A DNA stretch of 64,000 bases from Myxococcota bacterium (GTDB lineage Bacteria; Myxococcota; UBA727; JABDBI01): contig JAZKCZ010000002.1 in the NCBI GenBank assembly GCA_040387835.1, forward strand, positions 115,431 to 179,430, written 5' to 3'. The translations under genes and the position numbers were made by a program. Numbering within the stretch: position 1 is the first letter of the stretch; each line of letters begins with the position of its first letter. This document shows positions 1 through 9,527 of the stretch, in pieces. The notes under the pieces are model-generated. The model was not told the origin of the DNA. It saw only the letters and a list, made by a program, of their open reading frames with translations, and made no database searches.

Positions 1-2
1 CA

Positions 3-1604
3 GAAGAGTTAGCGCAAGAAGGTCTTATTAATGCCGAACAATTGGCCCAAGCTTTGGAGCAACAAAAAAGCCAAGGTGAAGACCTAGGCGATATTTTAAT
101 CCGCAAAGGATTTTTATCGGAAAGCGATTTCAATATCCGTTTGGCCAAAAAAGCGGGTGTGCCTGTTGCAACTCCAGAGGACTTAAAGCCGGATCGAGCG
201 CTTACAGGCCTATTGCAGGCTGCTCAAGCAAATCGCTGGCAAGTTATCCCCATTGGCGAAAGCGGCAAAAAGCTAACGGTCGCAACTTCTGACCCATTCG
301 ATTTCATTGTGTTAGATGAGATTAGAGCCGAATTAGGCCGCGAAATCACTTTTGCTTTGGCGTCCAGGCATGAAATCCGAAAACTGATTGAAACTTATTA
401 CACGCAAGGCCCTAAAAACATCCGTGTGATTGAGCCCGAAACGAGCGGCATGAACGCGGTTTCATTGGTGGACGAATTAGTTGATAGCGCCTACGCCGAA
501 AAGGCCAGCGATATACACATTGAAGCCATGCGCGACTCCGTGCAAATTCGATACCGAGTCGACGGCGTGCTCGAACATCGTAAAACCATCCCTATCAACT
601 TCCACCAAAGCGTTCTTTCCAGAATCAAAATTTTAGGGGGGATGGACGTAGCCGAGCACCGCATTCCACAAGATGGGCGCTTTCGTCGAAAAACCGGTGG
701 TCAAAATCTCGATATTCGTATTGCCACCTATCCCACCATTTTGGGCGAATCCGCAGCGATTCGTTTGCTCTCTAAAGAAAGCTTAGTGACACTGGAAGAT
801 ATGGGCCTTGGCGTCAACGAAAGGCAAATATTTGAGCAGCTGATTAGGCGGCCTCATGGTATCTTTCTAGTAACAGGGCCAACCGGATCCGGAAAAACAA
901 CCACCCTCTATACAGCGCTGCATAACATTGATCGCAACAAAAATCATGTGCTCACCGTAGAAGACCCGGTTGAGAACGAAATCGAATTTACCAGCCAAAC
1001 GCAGGTCAATGTCAAAGCCGGTCTAACGTTTGCCACAGTGCTTCGCTCAATGCTACGAGAAGATCCTGACATCATCATGGTCGGTGAAATCAGGGATCAA
1101 GAAACGGCAGAAATTTCCTGTCGGGCTGCGATGACGGGCCATTTGGTGCTGTCTACGCTTCATACGAATACCGCCATTGGCGCCATCTCCAGATTAATCG
1201 ACTTGGGCCTGCAGCCCTATCTCATTTCGTCCACTTTGATTGGGGTCATGGCTCAGCGCTTGGTGAGAAAACTGTGCCCGCATTGCCGCATAGAAGCGCC
1301 TATTCCTAAAGAAGTTGCGACCTATCTGGCTAACAGAGCCGGCGGCTCCATCAAAAACTTTAAAAGCACAGGTTGCAGCGCTTGCAAAGATAAAGGTTAT
1401 AAAGGTCGAGTCGGCATTTACGAACTTATCCCGGTAGACGATGAAATCCGCGTACTTATCAATACCCGCGCACCAGAAGTCCGCATTAGAGAACGGGCAA
1501 AAGTCTCAGGATGCACGAGCATTTTCGAAGATGGACTGGATAAGGTAACCAACGGTATCACCAGCATCGAAGAGGTCTTTAGAGTATGCGGTGAAACCCT
1601 ATGA
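3..1604 (+). CDS. GspE/PilB-family secretion/pilus assembly ATPase (5' end outside window)
   Basis: Walker A GPTGSGKTTT, VEDPVE, LREDPD.IMVGEIRD, HLVLSTLHTN, CxxC zinc motifs; frame is open back to position 3. Confidence 0.93.
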   Translation, partial: EELAQEGLINAEQLAQALEQQKSQGEDLGDILIRKGFLSESDFNIRLAKKAGVPVATPEDLKPDRALTGLLQAAQANRWQVIPIGESGKKLTVATSDPFDFIVLDEIRAELGREITFALASRHEIRKLIETYYTQGPKNIRVIEPETSGMNAVSLVDELVDSAYAEKASDIHIEAMRDSVQIRYRVDGVLEHRKTIPINFHQSVLSRIKILGGMDVAEHRIPQDGRFRRKTGGQNLDIRIATYPTILGESAAIRLLSKESLVTLEDMGLGVNERQIFEQLIRRPHGIFLVTGPTGSGKTTTLYTALHNIDRNKNHVLTVEDPVENEIEFTSQTQVNVKAGLTFATVLRSMLREDPDIIMVGEIRDQETAEISCRAAMTGHLVLSTLHTNTAIGAISRLIDLGLQPYLISSTLIGVMAQRLVRKLCPHCRIEAPIPKEVATYLANRAGGSIKNFKSTGCSACKDKGYKGRVGIYELIPVDDEIRVLINTRAPEVRIRERAKVSGCTSIFEDGLDKVTNGITSIEEVFRVCGETL

Positions 1605-2836
1605 CCATCTTTCATTATAAAGCGCGAGATTCCAATGGTGTCGAGATTATCGGTGAATTGGATGCAGCAGATCAAGCCGCTGCCATGGCTCTGCTGCTTG
1701 AAAAAGGTGTATTTCCTGTTTCGATAAACTCAGGCAAGGCCGACCTCAAACCGACTTCGTCGCCGTTAAAAAAGTCCATTTCTCTTCCCAAGCGCGCCAA
1801 ATTTGGACCTAAGGAACTCGCCAGCTTCACAAGACAGTTTGAGGTCATGTTTGCGGTGGGGATGCCTGTTGATAAAATATTGCTGACGCTAAGTAGACAG
1901 GCAGAACATCCAACGATTCTGGCGGTGTTGGAAGATATTCAAAAAAGCGTGTCCGGCGGCACCAGGCTTTCCGAAGCATTCGCCAAATATCCTAAATATT
2001 TCAACAAGCTATACACCAGCATGCTTGAAATGGGACAAAGTGCAGGCGTTTTGGACAAAACCCTACACGAAATCTCCAATATCCTGCGAAAAGAGCACAG
2101 CATCCGCACCAAGGTAAAATCAGCTCTTCTTTATCCTAAAATCGTCATGTTCACCGTCCTAATCGTTACATGGGGCATGTTGGTTTTCGTATTTCCGCCG
2201 TTTAAGAGCTTTTATGCAGATCAAAATGCAGTACTCCCGCTACCTACCCGCATCGTGATGGCTATGAGCGATATGCTCATTCACAGCTGGTATATTCCTT
2301 TGGCAATTGTTGTTGTCAGCTATTTGGTTTGGCGGCGGGCTAAGAAAATTCCCTATGTTGAGCATCTCCTAGGCAAGCTTGCATTAAATATACCCGTGTT
2401 TGGCCTCTTGAATCGCCTCGCTTCCAATGCGCGCTTTGGGCACCTCGTTGCCGCTCTTTATCGAGTCGGTCTGCCATTGCCTCAGACTCTGGCTATTGTG
2501 GGCGAGACACTGCCCAATATTATCTTTAGAGAAGAAGTCGCCCTGCTGAAAGAAGGGGTGGAACATGGCCAGTCGCTGTCATTGGGCATGACCAAATCAA
2601 AATGCTTCTCGCTTTTGATGAAAGAAACCTGCGCCGTTGGTGAGCAAACAGGTAAGCTCGACACCACTTTAGATGCTACGGCTGGGTTTTATGATACCGA
2701 ATTAGATGAGCTGCTGGACAACTTGTCGACATTAATCGAACCGTTCATGCTCTTCATCCTATTCGGCATCGTTTTGCTGCTGGCTTTAGCGGTCTATCTC
2801 CCCATCTGGAACATGTCCAAAGCCGTGCTGCACTAA
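1601..2836 (+). CDS. GspF/PilC-family inner membrane platform protein
   Basis: F.YKARD N-terminus, two T2SSF domains, GEQTGKLD, LIEP, LPIW; ATGA overlap with the ATPase. Confidence 0.92.
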   Translation: MTIFHYKARDSNGVEIIGELDAADQAAAMALLLEKGVFPVSINSGKADLKPTSSPLKKSISLPKRAKFGPKELASFTRQFEVMFAVGMPVDKILLTLSRQAEHPTILAVLEDIQKSVSGGTRLSEAFAKYPKYFNKLYTSMLEMGQSAGVLDKTLHEISNILRKEHSIRTKVKSALLYPKIVMFTVLIVTWGMLVFVFPPFKSFYADQNAVLPLPTRIVMAMSDMLIHSWYIPLAIVVVSYLVWRRAKKIPYVEHLLGKLALNIPVFGLLNRLASNARFGHLVAALYRVGLPLPQTLAIVGETLPNIIFREEVALLKEGVEHGQSLSLGMTKSKCFSLLMKETCAVGEQTGKLDTTLDATAGFYDTELDELLDNLSTLIEPFMLFILFGIVLLLALAVYLPIWNMSKAVLH

Positions 2837-2838
2837 AA

Positions 2839-4161
2839 CTACAACAAGTTCGCGGCCATTTCGGCTAGTTCCGAACGTTCGCCCTTATCTAGGGTAACGT
2901 GCCCTGCGATGCCTTCAGATTTAAATCGGTTTACCACGTGGATAAGTCCATTGTTGGTGACGTCCACGTATGGATTGTCAATCTGGTATGGATCGCCGGT
3001 CAGGACAATCTTCGTGCCTTCGCCTGCTCTGGAAATAATCGTTTTCACTTCATGCGGCGTTAGATTTTGAGCTTCGTCGACAATCATAAACTGCGCGGCA
3101 ATCGACCTACCTCGGATATAGGTCAACGGCTCAATCTGCATGATGTTCATATCGAGCAACTCCCGATAGCTACGGTTCGATTTCGCGCTGCCACTTTTTG
3201 AATTCAGTCCCATCAAATATTCAACGTTGTCGAAAATAGGCTGCATCCAAGGGTTTAGTTTTTCTTCAACATCACCTGGCAAAAATCCGATATCTCGCCC
3301 CAACGGGAAAATCGGTCTTGAAACCAGCAATCGTTGAAATGAATGGTCTTCGGCGGTCTTTTGAAGCCCGGCCGCTATCGCCAACAAGGTTTTGCCTGTG
3401 CCAGCTTTACCTGCCAGCGTCACCAACTTGATAGAGTCATCTAGCAATAAATCCAAGGCAAAAGCTTGTTCTTTATTCTTAGGCCTGATGCCCCAAGCGC
3501 CCTGTCTTTGCAGTGCCGTTAGCGGCGTTACTTGCCTGTCCAAAAGCGCAAAGCGGCCCAAAGCTGTATGTGAAGGGTTGTTCTTGTCTTTTAAAACCAA
3601 ATATTGGTTTGGCGCATAGTATGGATCTGGCAGCGATAGGCCGCCATTAGCATAAAACTCATCGATTTGGCTGCCTTCGACTTCCAGTACCGAGTAGCCT
3701 TTATAAAGCTCATCGACCTCGGTGCGCTCAGGCTCGAAATTTTCAGTGGTGATCCCAATGGCATCAGCTCGAATGCGCAGATTGGTGTCTTTCGTTATAA
3801 AAACGATTTGATCGCCTGGCGCGGCTTCGCTCTGAAGCTCCAGCGCCACGGCTAAAATTTTGGAGTCTTGCCCGCGATCGGTAGAGATTTCAGGGGGTAA
3901 CTTACGAGCGGTAATCGCTACGCGAAGCAAACCACCGGAGTCAAGCTTCACGCCTTTAGACAGCGAGCCTTCAGAGCGCAAATCATCTAAATATCGACTA
4001 ACCTGTCTGGCATTTCTGCCCAGTTCAGAAAGTTCCTTTTTAAAATTATCGATTTCCTCGACCACGTAGATTGGAATGACAACTTGGTTGTCTCCAAAAC
4101 TAAACATAGATCTTGGTTCGTGGAGTAAGACGTTGGTATCAAGAATGAATGTCTTCTTCAT
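2839..4161 (-). CDS. PhoH-family ATPase with N-terminal PIN domain (PhoH2/YlaK type)
   Basis: LDTNVLL PIN start, GKAGTGKT, RGRS, DEAQN, GDP.QID. Confidence 0.93.
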   Translation of the reverse strand: MKKTFILDTNVLLHEPRSMFSFGDNQVVIPIYVVEEIDNFKKELSELGRNARQVSRYLDDLRSEGSLSKGVKLDSGGLLRVAITARKLPPEISTDRGQDSKILAVALELQSEAAPGDQIVFITKDTNLRIRADAIGITTENFEPERTEVDELYKGYSVLEVEGSQIDEFYANGGLSLPDPYYAPNQYLVLKDKNNPSHTALGRFALLDRQVTPLTALQRQGAWGIRPKNKEQAFALDLLLDDSIKLVTLAGKAGTGKTLLAIAAGLQKTAEDHSFQRLLVSRPIFPLGRDIGFLPGDVEEKLNPWMQPIFDNVEYLMGLNSKSGSAKSNRSYRELLDMNIMQIEPLTYIRGRSIAAQFMIVDEAQNLTPHEVKTIISRAGEGTKIVLTGDPYQIDNPYVDVTNNGLIHVVNRFKSEGIAGHVTLDKGERSELAEMAANLL

Positions 4162-4163
4162 TC

Positions 4164-4448
4164 CTAATGAAGTATCAGCAAAGATTCTTTTTTTCCAACA
4201 AAACCATATTCTCGTCGGGCGATTTGTTCGATAACGGCTTCAGACCTGGCGCTATGGCCAGCAAGAAGTCCGATTTTTTGCTTTTGCTCTAAAATACGAG
4301 CCTCTAAAAATGCGACTCGTGTTTGCAGGCTTATTTTCTTGTCATGCATGGACCAATATCTGGGAAGGGCCGATGACCCAAACAAAGTGTACCCAAATAC
4401 AAAAATACTGGCGGCCACAACTGCGGCCACTCCATGCTGCAATTTCAT
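4164..4448 (-). CDS. ftsB: Septum formation initiator, FtsB/DivIC family
   Basis: N-terminal TM, coiled coil, IEQIARREYGFV..KE motif. Confidence 0.75.
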   Translation of the reverse strand: MKLQHGVAAVVAASIFVFGYTLFGSSALPRYWSMHDKKISLQTRVAFLEARILEQKQKIGLLAGHSARSEAVIEQIARREYGFVGKKESLLILH

Positions 4449-4452
4449 CTAT

Positions 4453-4740
4453 CTAATAGTCTACATTCACATACGACAAAATACCAATCAATCGAGCTTT
4501 CTTGATTGCTTGAGTTACTTTGCGTTGGTTTTTTGAGGTAAGACCCGAACGGCGTCCCGGAAGAATTTTACCTTCTGGAGACACAAAGCGACGCAAAACG
4601 TCGGTATTGTGATAATCCACCGACATTTTATTTTGAATAAAAAAGTCAGCCAAACGGCGTTTATTTCGGCCGCCTGCAACAGCATTTTTAGGGTTATTGA
4701 GCGGGTCGTCTGCTACAACAAAGTTGGTCATAAGCCCCAT
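4453..4740 (-). CDS. rpsR: 30S ribosomal protein S18 (cysteine-free form)
   Basis: DY..TDVLRRFVSPEGKILPGRRSGL..KNQRKVTQAIKKAR..GIL; alternative start 4731. Confidence 0.95.
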   Translation of the reverse strand: MGLMTNFVVADDPLNNPKNAVAGGRNKRRLADFFIQNKMSVDYHNTDVLRRFVSPEGKILPGRRSGLTSKNQRKVTQAIKKARLIGILSYVNVDY

Positions 4741-4774
4741 CTCATGACAGATTAAGGGCCTATTGGCAAGAGGT

Positions 4775-7147
4775 CTATTCTATTTCTGCAGACGGCGCAA
4801 AACCAGGCTCCGTGCCAGCCACAAATGCTTCCATAATAGGCGGCTTTGCCAGGGTTAGAACTTCTGGGTTTTGCCTAATCTCGCTTTCATCATGAGCCAC
4901 CACACTGGCACCTGCACCGGGATCATAGACCGCATTGGTGGAAGCGAGCTCCCCTGTCTTTTGATCGATCAAGCGCCACACCACCCCTGAAGGCTGCACA
5001 AACTCTTTCGCAGGCATTACTTTAAGCGCCCTAGTCATAAATTGACCCCAAATCGGCAAAGCAGCTACCGCGCCATACTCGTTCATACCCAAAGAACGAT
5101 TATCATCGAATCCAACATAGACCCCCGCAACCAAATCTTGGGAAAAGCCGACAAACCAAGCGCTTCTAAACTCGTTGGTCGTGCCAGTCTTACCCGCTAA
5201 AGGCGCGGTCAATCCAGTAATACGTTTTCCTGAGCCCGCCATCAGACTGCGCATCATATTGGTCATCACAAAAGCGCTCGCCGGCTTAATTACAGGATGC
5301 GATTCTTCTTCGGTCAAGAACAAAACTTTACCTGTTCCGTCTTGTATTTTTTCGATCATAATGGGCTTGCCCACCATACCCGCTGCCGGAAAAATCGAAA
5401 AAGCATTAACATGCAACAGCGGAACCACTTCTCCAGAGCCAAGAGCCAGCGTTAAATCTCTAGGCATAGGCGTTTCAGGGGTTACTTCCCCAGCTCGTTC
5501 AACCAAATCGAGCACGGCCCCAATGCCCACCTGTTCCATCAAACTAATACTGCAAATATTGATCGAGCTCACCAAACAGGAACGGAGTGTTATCTTGCCC
5601 AAAAACACACCTTTATCGTTCTTAGGTCGCCAGTTTTGGTATTCCTTCGGCGAATCATCAATCAAAGTGGCAGGCGTCGCAACACTTTCATCAATCGCAG
5701 TCACATAAACAAATGGTTTAAACGAAGATCCTGGCTGCCTTCGCGCCTGCGTCGCCCTATTAAAGTTAGAGCTGGCAAAATCATATCCGCCCACCATGGC
5801 GAGCACGCGATGTGTCTGCGGATGAATGGCCACCAACGCGCCTTCTGCCAACGGCTTTTGTTCTAACGAAAGCTCGATGCTACCGAGCTTTTTATCCACT
5901 CGAACCAGGATAATATCGCCAGCTTTCAATGCAGCACTCATTTTCTTAGGCGGTTGGGTATAGTGCTCTGGGTTAAAAGGCCTAGCCCATCCCATTTTAC
6001 TAAGCGGCAAGATCCCGCGAGCATCTGCTCCCAACTCGATCACTGCTTGCTGATTCACATCTGAGACGCTTTTCACAACCCCCTGTACGATGGTGTGCTC
6101 ATCGATTGCTCTGGTACTCGCTCTAATTCGCTCAGCCGTTTGAACGGCATCTTCACTTGGCAATCTGGCCAAAGGCCCGCGATAACCTTGTCGTTTATCT
6201 ACATGGCGCAGGCCCCATCGCATCGCGTCGTTTGCAGCCAGCTGCAGCTGCATATTAATGGAGGTCTTAATGTTAAAGCCAGCCTTATAAAGCTCGTCCT
6301 CGCCGTACTGCAAAATTAAATAACGTCTAATTTCTTCAACAAAATAAGGCGCTTTATTTAAATAAGGATCGCTTCTTGGCTTTACTACGATCGGCTCTAA
6401 GCGTGCCTTTTGCGCTACAGCCGCCGGGATTAAACCGTGGGTAACCATCTGCTCCAACACATAGTCCCGCCTTTGTCTGACGCGCTCTGGATCCTTAATT
6501 GGATTGATTTTATTCGGGCTTTTAGGGACCGAAGCCAACGATGCAGCTTGGGACAAAGTAAGCTCTTTGGCCGGTACACCATAGTAAGTCTGGGCGGCTT
6601 CTTCGATCCCATATGCGCCGTTACCAAAATAGATTTGATTCAAATATAAATTGAGGATCTCATCTTTGGTCAGCGCATCTTCAATACGTTTTGCCAAAAT
6701 AAACTCTTTAATCTTTCGTGAGTAAGTCCGCGAATGCGTCAATAGCATGGTCTTCGCCGTTTGCTGAGTGATGGTGCTACCTCCGATTCTTTGCCCGCCA
6801 ATGAGTTGGTATTTGACCTCGTTAAGCACAGCACGGATAACACCGAAATAATCAATGCCTTGGTGTTTATAAAAATCTGCATCTTCCGCGCCCAAAAATG
6901 CGTTCCGCACTTGAGCCGGCAAAGATTTGACCGAGATAATCGTTCGCTTCTCGATGGCAAACTCGCCAATTAAGTTGCCGGATGAATCGAAAACTCGACT
7001 CACCTGATACGGCTTATAGTCTTCGACTTGATCGAGTTTCGGCAAATCATGTAAAATAATTTGGACAGCAGCGAGGGCTGTTCCACCGAGAAATGCCAAA
7101 CCAACGGCTAATATTAGGAGAATTCGAATTAATTTTTTACTTTTCAC
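4775..7147 (-). CDS. mrcA: Penicillin-binding protein 1A (transglycosylase/transpeptidase)
   Basis: AED..F..H.G, GGSTITQQ, RKIKE, YLNQIYFG; QPGSSFKP, SIN, KTG motifs. Confidence 0.93.
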   Translation of the reverse strand: MKSKKLIRILLILAVGLAFLGGTALAAVQIILHDLPKLDQVEDYKPYQVSRVFDSSGNLIGEFAIEKRTIISVKSLPAQVRNAFLGAEDADFYKHQGIDYFGVIRAVLNEVKYQLIGGQRIGGSTITQQTAKTMLLTHSRTYSRKIKEFILAKRIEDALTKDEILNLYLNQIYFGNGAYGIEEAAQTYYGVPAKELTLSQAASLASVPKSPNKINPIKDPERVRQRRDYVLEQMVTHGLIPAAVAQKARLEPIVVKPRSDPYLNKAPYFVEEIRRYLILQYGEDELYKAGFNIKTSINMQLQLAANDAMRWGLRHVDKRQGYRGPLARLPSEDAVQTAERIRASTRAIDEHTIVQGVVKSVSDVNQQAVIELGADARGILPLSKMGWARPFNPEHYTQPPKKMSAALKAGDIILVRVDKKLGSIELSLEQKPLAEGALVAIHPQTHRVLAMVGGYDFASSNFNRATQARRQPGSSFKPFVYVTAIDESVATPATLIDDSPKEYQNWRPKNDKGVFLGKITLRSCLVSSINICSISLMEQVGIGAVLDLVERAGEVTPETPMPRDLTLALGSGEVVPLLHVNAFSIFPAAGMVGKPIMIEKIQDGTGKVLFLTEEESHPVIKPASAFVMTNMMRSLMAGSGKRITGLTAPLAGKTGTTNEFRSAWFVGFSQDLVAGVYVGFDDNRSLGMNEYGAVAALPIWGQFMTRALKVMPAKEFVQPSGVVWRLIDQKTGELASTNAVYDPGAGASVVAHDESEIRQNPEVLTLAKPPIMEAFVAGTEPGFAPSAEIE

Positions 7148-7176
7148 TCACTCTGTCTTAGGGCAAAGATAGGCAT

Positions 7177-8193
7177 ATGATCAAGTACCTGGGTTCCAAA
7201 CGTCAGTTGATCCCCCAGATTCTAACGACAGTTTCGCAGGCAAATCCAAAAGCCACCCAGGTTTTAGATTTATTTTCAGGCACTTCGCGCGTAGGCCATG
7301 CTTTTAAAAAAGCTGGATATCAGGTGTTTTCCAACGATCACAACGCCTACGCTTTCTGCCTGGCACAATGTTATGTCGAAAGCGACCTAAGCGATCATGG
7401 CGACGAAGCTCAACGATGGATCGACAAATTAAATAGCCTGCCAGGCAAGCCAGGATATTTTACCGAAACTTTCTGCATTAAATCCCGCTTTTTTCACCCC
7501 AAAAACGGCGAAAAGATAGATGCCATCAGGGAAGCGCTAGCCAGCGAAAATATTTCGCCAAATTTAATGGCGGTCCTATTAGTTTCTTTAATGGAAGCAG
7601 CCGACCGAGTCGACTCCACCTGCGGTATCCAAATGTCCTATCTTAAATCCTGGGCACCCCGTGCAGGCAACGAGCTGCAATTAAGGCTTCCCAATCTTCT
7701 GCCCCGCTCAAACCATGGCCCAGGCAAAGCGCATTGCTTGGATGCCCTAGATGCCTCCCGTGAACTCAAAGCCGAAGTCATCTACGTTGATCCACCCTAT
7801 AATCAACATAATTACCGGCGCAACTATCACATTTGGGAAACTTTGGTCTTATGGGACAAGCCTGAATTCTACGGCATTGCCTCCAAACGCATTGACTGCA
7901 AAAGCCATCAAAGCTCATTCAATAAAAAAAACCAGTTTATTCATGCCTTTAGTGAACTAATATCGAACCTACGCGCTCAAACCCTGGTGGTATCTTTTAA
8001 TAACGAAGGCTTCATCAGCCAACCGGAGATGGAGTCTCTGTTGGCACAACGTGGAAAAGTCTCGGTTCAAACCATCGATTACAAACGCTACGTAGGTGCC
8101 CAAATCGGCATTTACAGTCCAAAGGGCAAAATTGTCGGCGAAGTCAGCCACCTCAGAAATAAAGAATTTCTCTACACGGTAGCTATGGCCTAA
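7177..8193 (+). CDS. N6-adenine DNA methyltransferase (D12/FokI-like), apparently orphan
   Basis: IKYLGSK, DLFSGT (SAM binding), YVDPPY catalytic motif. Confidence 0.88.
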   Translation: MIKYLGSKRQLIPQILTTVSQANPKATQVLDLFSGTSRVGHAFKKAGYQVFSNDHNAYAFCLAQCYVESDLSDHGDEAQRWIDKLNSLPGKPGYFTETFCIKSRFFHPKNGEKIDAIREALASENISPNLMAVLLVSLMEAADRVDSTCGIQMSYLKSWAPRAGNELQLRLPNLLPRSNHGPGKAHCLDALDASRELKAEVIYVDPPYNQHNYRRNYHIWETLVLWDKPEFYGIASKRIDCKSHQSSFNKKNQFIHAFSELISNLRAQTLVVSFNNEGFISQPEMESLLAQRGKVSVQTIDYKRYVGAQIGIYSPKGKIVGEVSHLRNKEFLYTVAMA

Positions 8194-8894
8194 GGCGAGC
8201 TCATGAGTAACAACGGCTCGAACTTTAAATAATCGCAAGATAGCATCCGATATTCAATACCATTGATAAACCCCTGCGCGGCCGTTCGATGCGATCGCTC
8301 GCCATGCAAGTGCCCATACACACATAGCTTTACTTGAAATTGCTCAATCAGCTCAGAGAAACCCGTTGGGCCTTTATTTGCCGCAAATGGCGGATAATGA
8401 ATTGCCGCAATGATAGGCCGCCCGTCTGCTAATTTCTGAGCGGCTTCCAAAGACATCTTCAAACGTAAGCACTCACGTTCATAAATCTTCTGATCTTGGT
8501 CCGTATAATCCAATGCACCTGGCGCCGACCAGCATCTGCTACCCGCAACCACGGCAAAACCTAAATCATAACAATCGTTCTGAAGTGCCACGCAACTCTT
8601 AGGCAAAGCTGCTCGCACCTTGCTGATACTGCTCCACCAATAATCGTGATTGCCCCTACCTAAGATCTTAAGGCCGGGCCTGTCACCAATCCATTGTAAG
8701 TCCAGCCGTGCTTCTTCCAAACGCATCGCCCAAGACAAATCGCCAGGGCATAAAACCACGTCATCCGGAGCCACCATGCGATCCCAAGCTTCTGCCATAC
8801 GCTCTGCATGTCCCCGCCAATGGGAACCAAAGATATCCATCGGCTTATTAGAAGAAAACGATAAATGCAGATCACTAATGCCCCAAATATTCAT
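8190..8894 (-). CDS. Calcineurin-like metallophosphoesterase
   Basis: DLH, GD, GNHD, HYPP, GHLH motifs. Confidence 0.9.
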   Translation of the reverse strand: MNIWGISDLHLSFSSNKPMDIFGSHWRGHAERMAEAWDRMVAPDDVVLCPGDLSWAMRLEEARLDLQWIGDRPGLKILGRGNHDYWWSSISKVRAALPKSCVALQNDCYDLGFAVVAGSRCWSAPGALDYTDQDQKIYERECLRLKMSLEAAQKLADGRPIIAAIHYPPFAANKGPTGFSELIEQFQVKLCVYGHLHGERSHRTAAQGFINGIEYRMLSCDYLKFEPLLLMSSP

Positions 8895-8996
8895 AAGTTT
8901 TCTACCTTTATCGTTTAGATTAAACGAAAGCTAGTCTCAAAGAAGCTTTAAGACCGCCACCTTTCTGCGGACACGAAATTAAGCTATCCCCAAAAA

Positions 8997-9527
8997 ATGA
9001 CTCCTATTGAACTTGAAATTGGTATGGGAAGAGCCCATTTTTTATTTGAACGTGCTCAAGCAGAGCCTGAGCATCAAATCGTTGGCATTGAATACAAAGC
9101 CCAATGGGTTACCCAAGCGCTAAAAAAACAACATCGTGAACAAATTTATAATGTGACACCAATTCACGGAAATGCGTGGGACATTGTTCCGAAACTATTT
9201 GGACCAGAAAGTCTAGATTTGATCATTGTTAACTTCCCAGACCCTTGGTGGAAACGCAGGCATCACAAACGACGCGTCTTAAACGACAAGTTTATGAAAA
9301 TCCTGCTCCCGATGATGAAGCCCGGAGCGCGGTTTTTCTTTCAAAGTGACGTTAAAGAGCTTTTTGACGTGTATGATCAGCTCCTTTCAGCCTATCTCAC
9401 TAAGGTGCCTTGCGACGTGAACCCGTTGGGAGCGAAATCACACAGAGAGAAAAAATGCGAGGAATCCGGCTTGCCAATATATCGCACGTTGCTCTACAAG
9501 AATCCTCATGTCCAGGCCACAACATGA
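8997..9527 (+). CDS. trmB: tRNA (guanine-N7)-methyltransferase
   Basis: ELEIGMG, GIE, NFPDPW.K.RHHKRR, SD motif. Confidence 0.9.
   Translation: MTPIELEIGMGRAHFLFERAQAEPEHQIVGIEYKAQWVTQALKKQHREQIYNVTPIHGNAWDIVPKLFGPESLDLIIVNFPDPWWKRRHHKRRVLNDKFMKILLPMMKPGARFFFQSDVKELFDVYDQLLSAYLTKVPCDVNPLGAKSHREKKCEESGLPIYRTLLYKNPHVQATT

Noticed and set aside
7177-8894. Methyltransferase plus phosphoesterase as a restriction or defence system
   Set aside because: The genes are convergent, the phosphoesterase is a common stand-alone family, and no nuclease, ATPase or specificity subunit is present.
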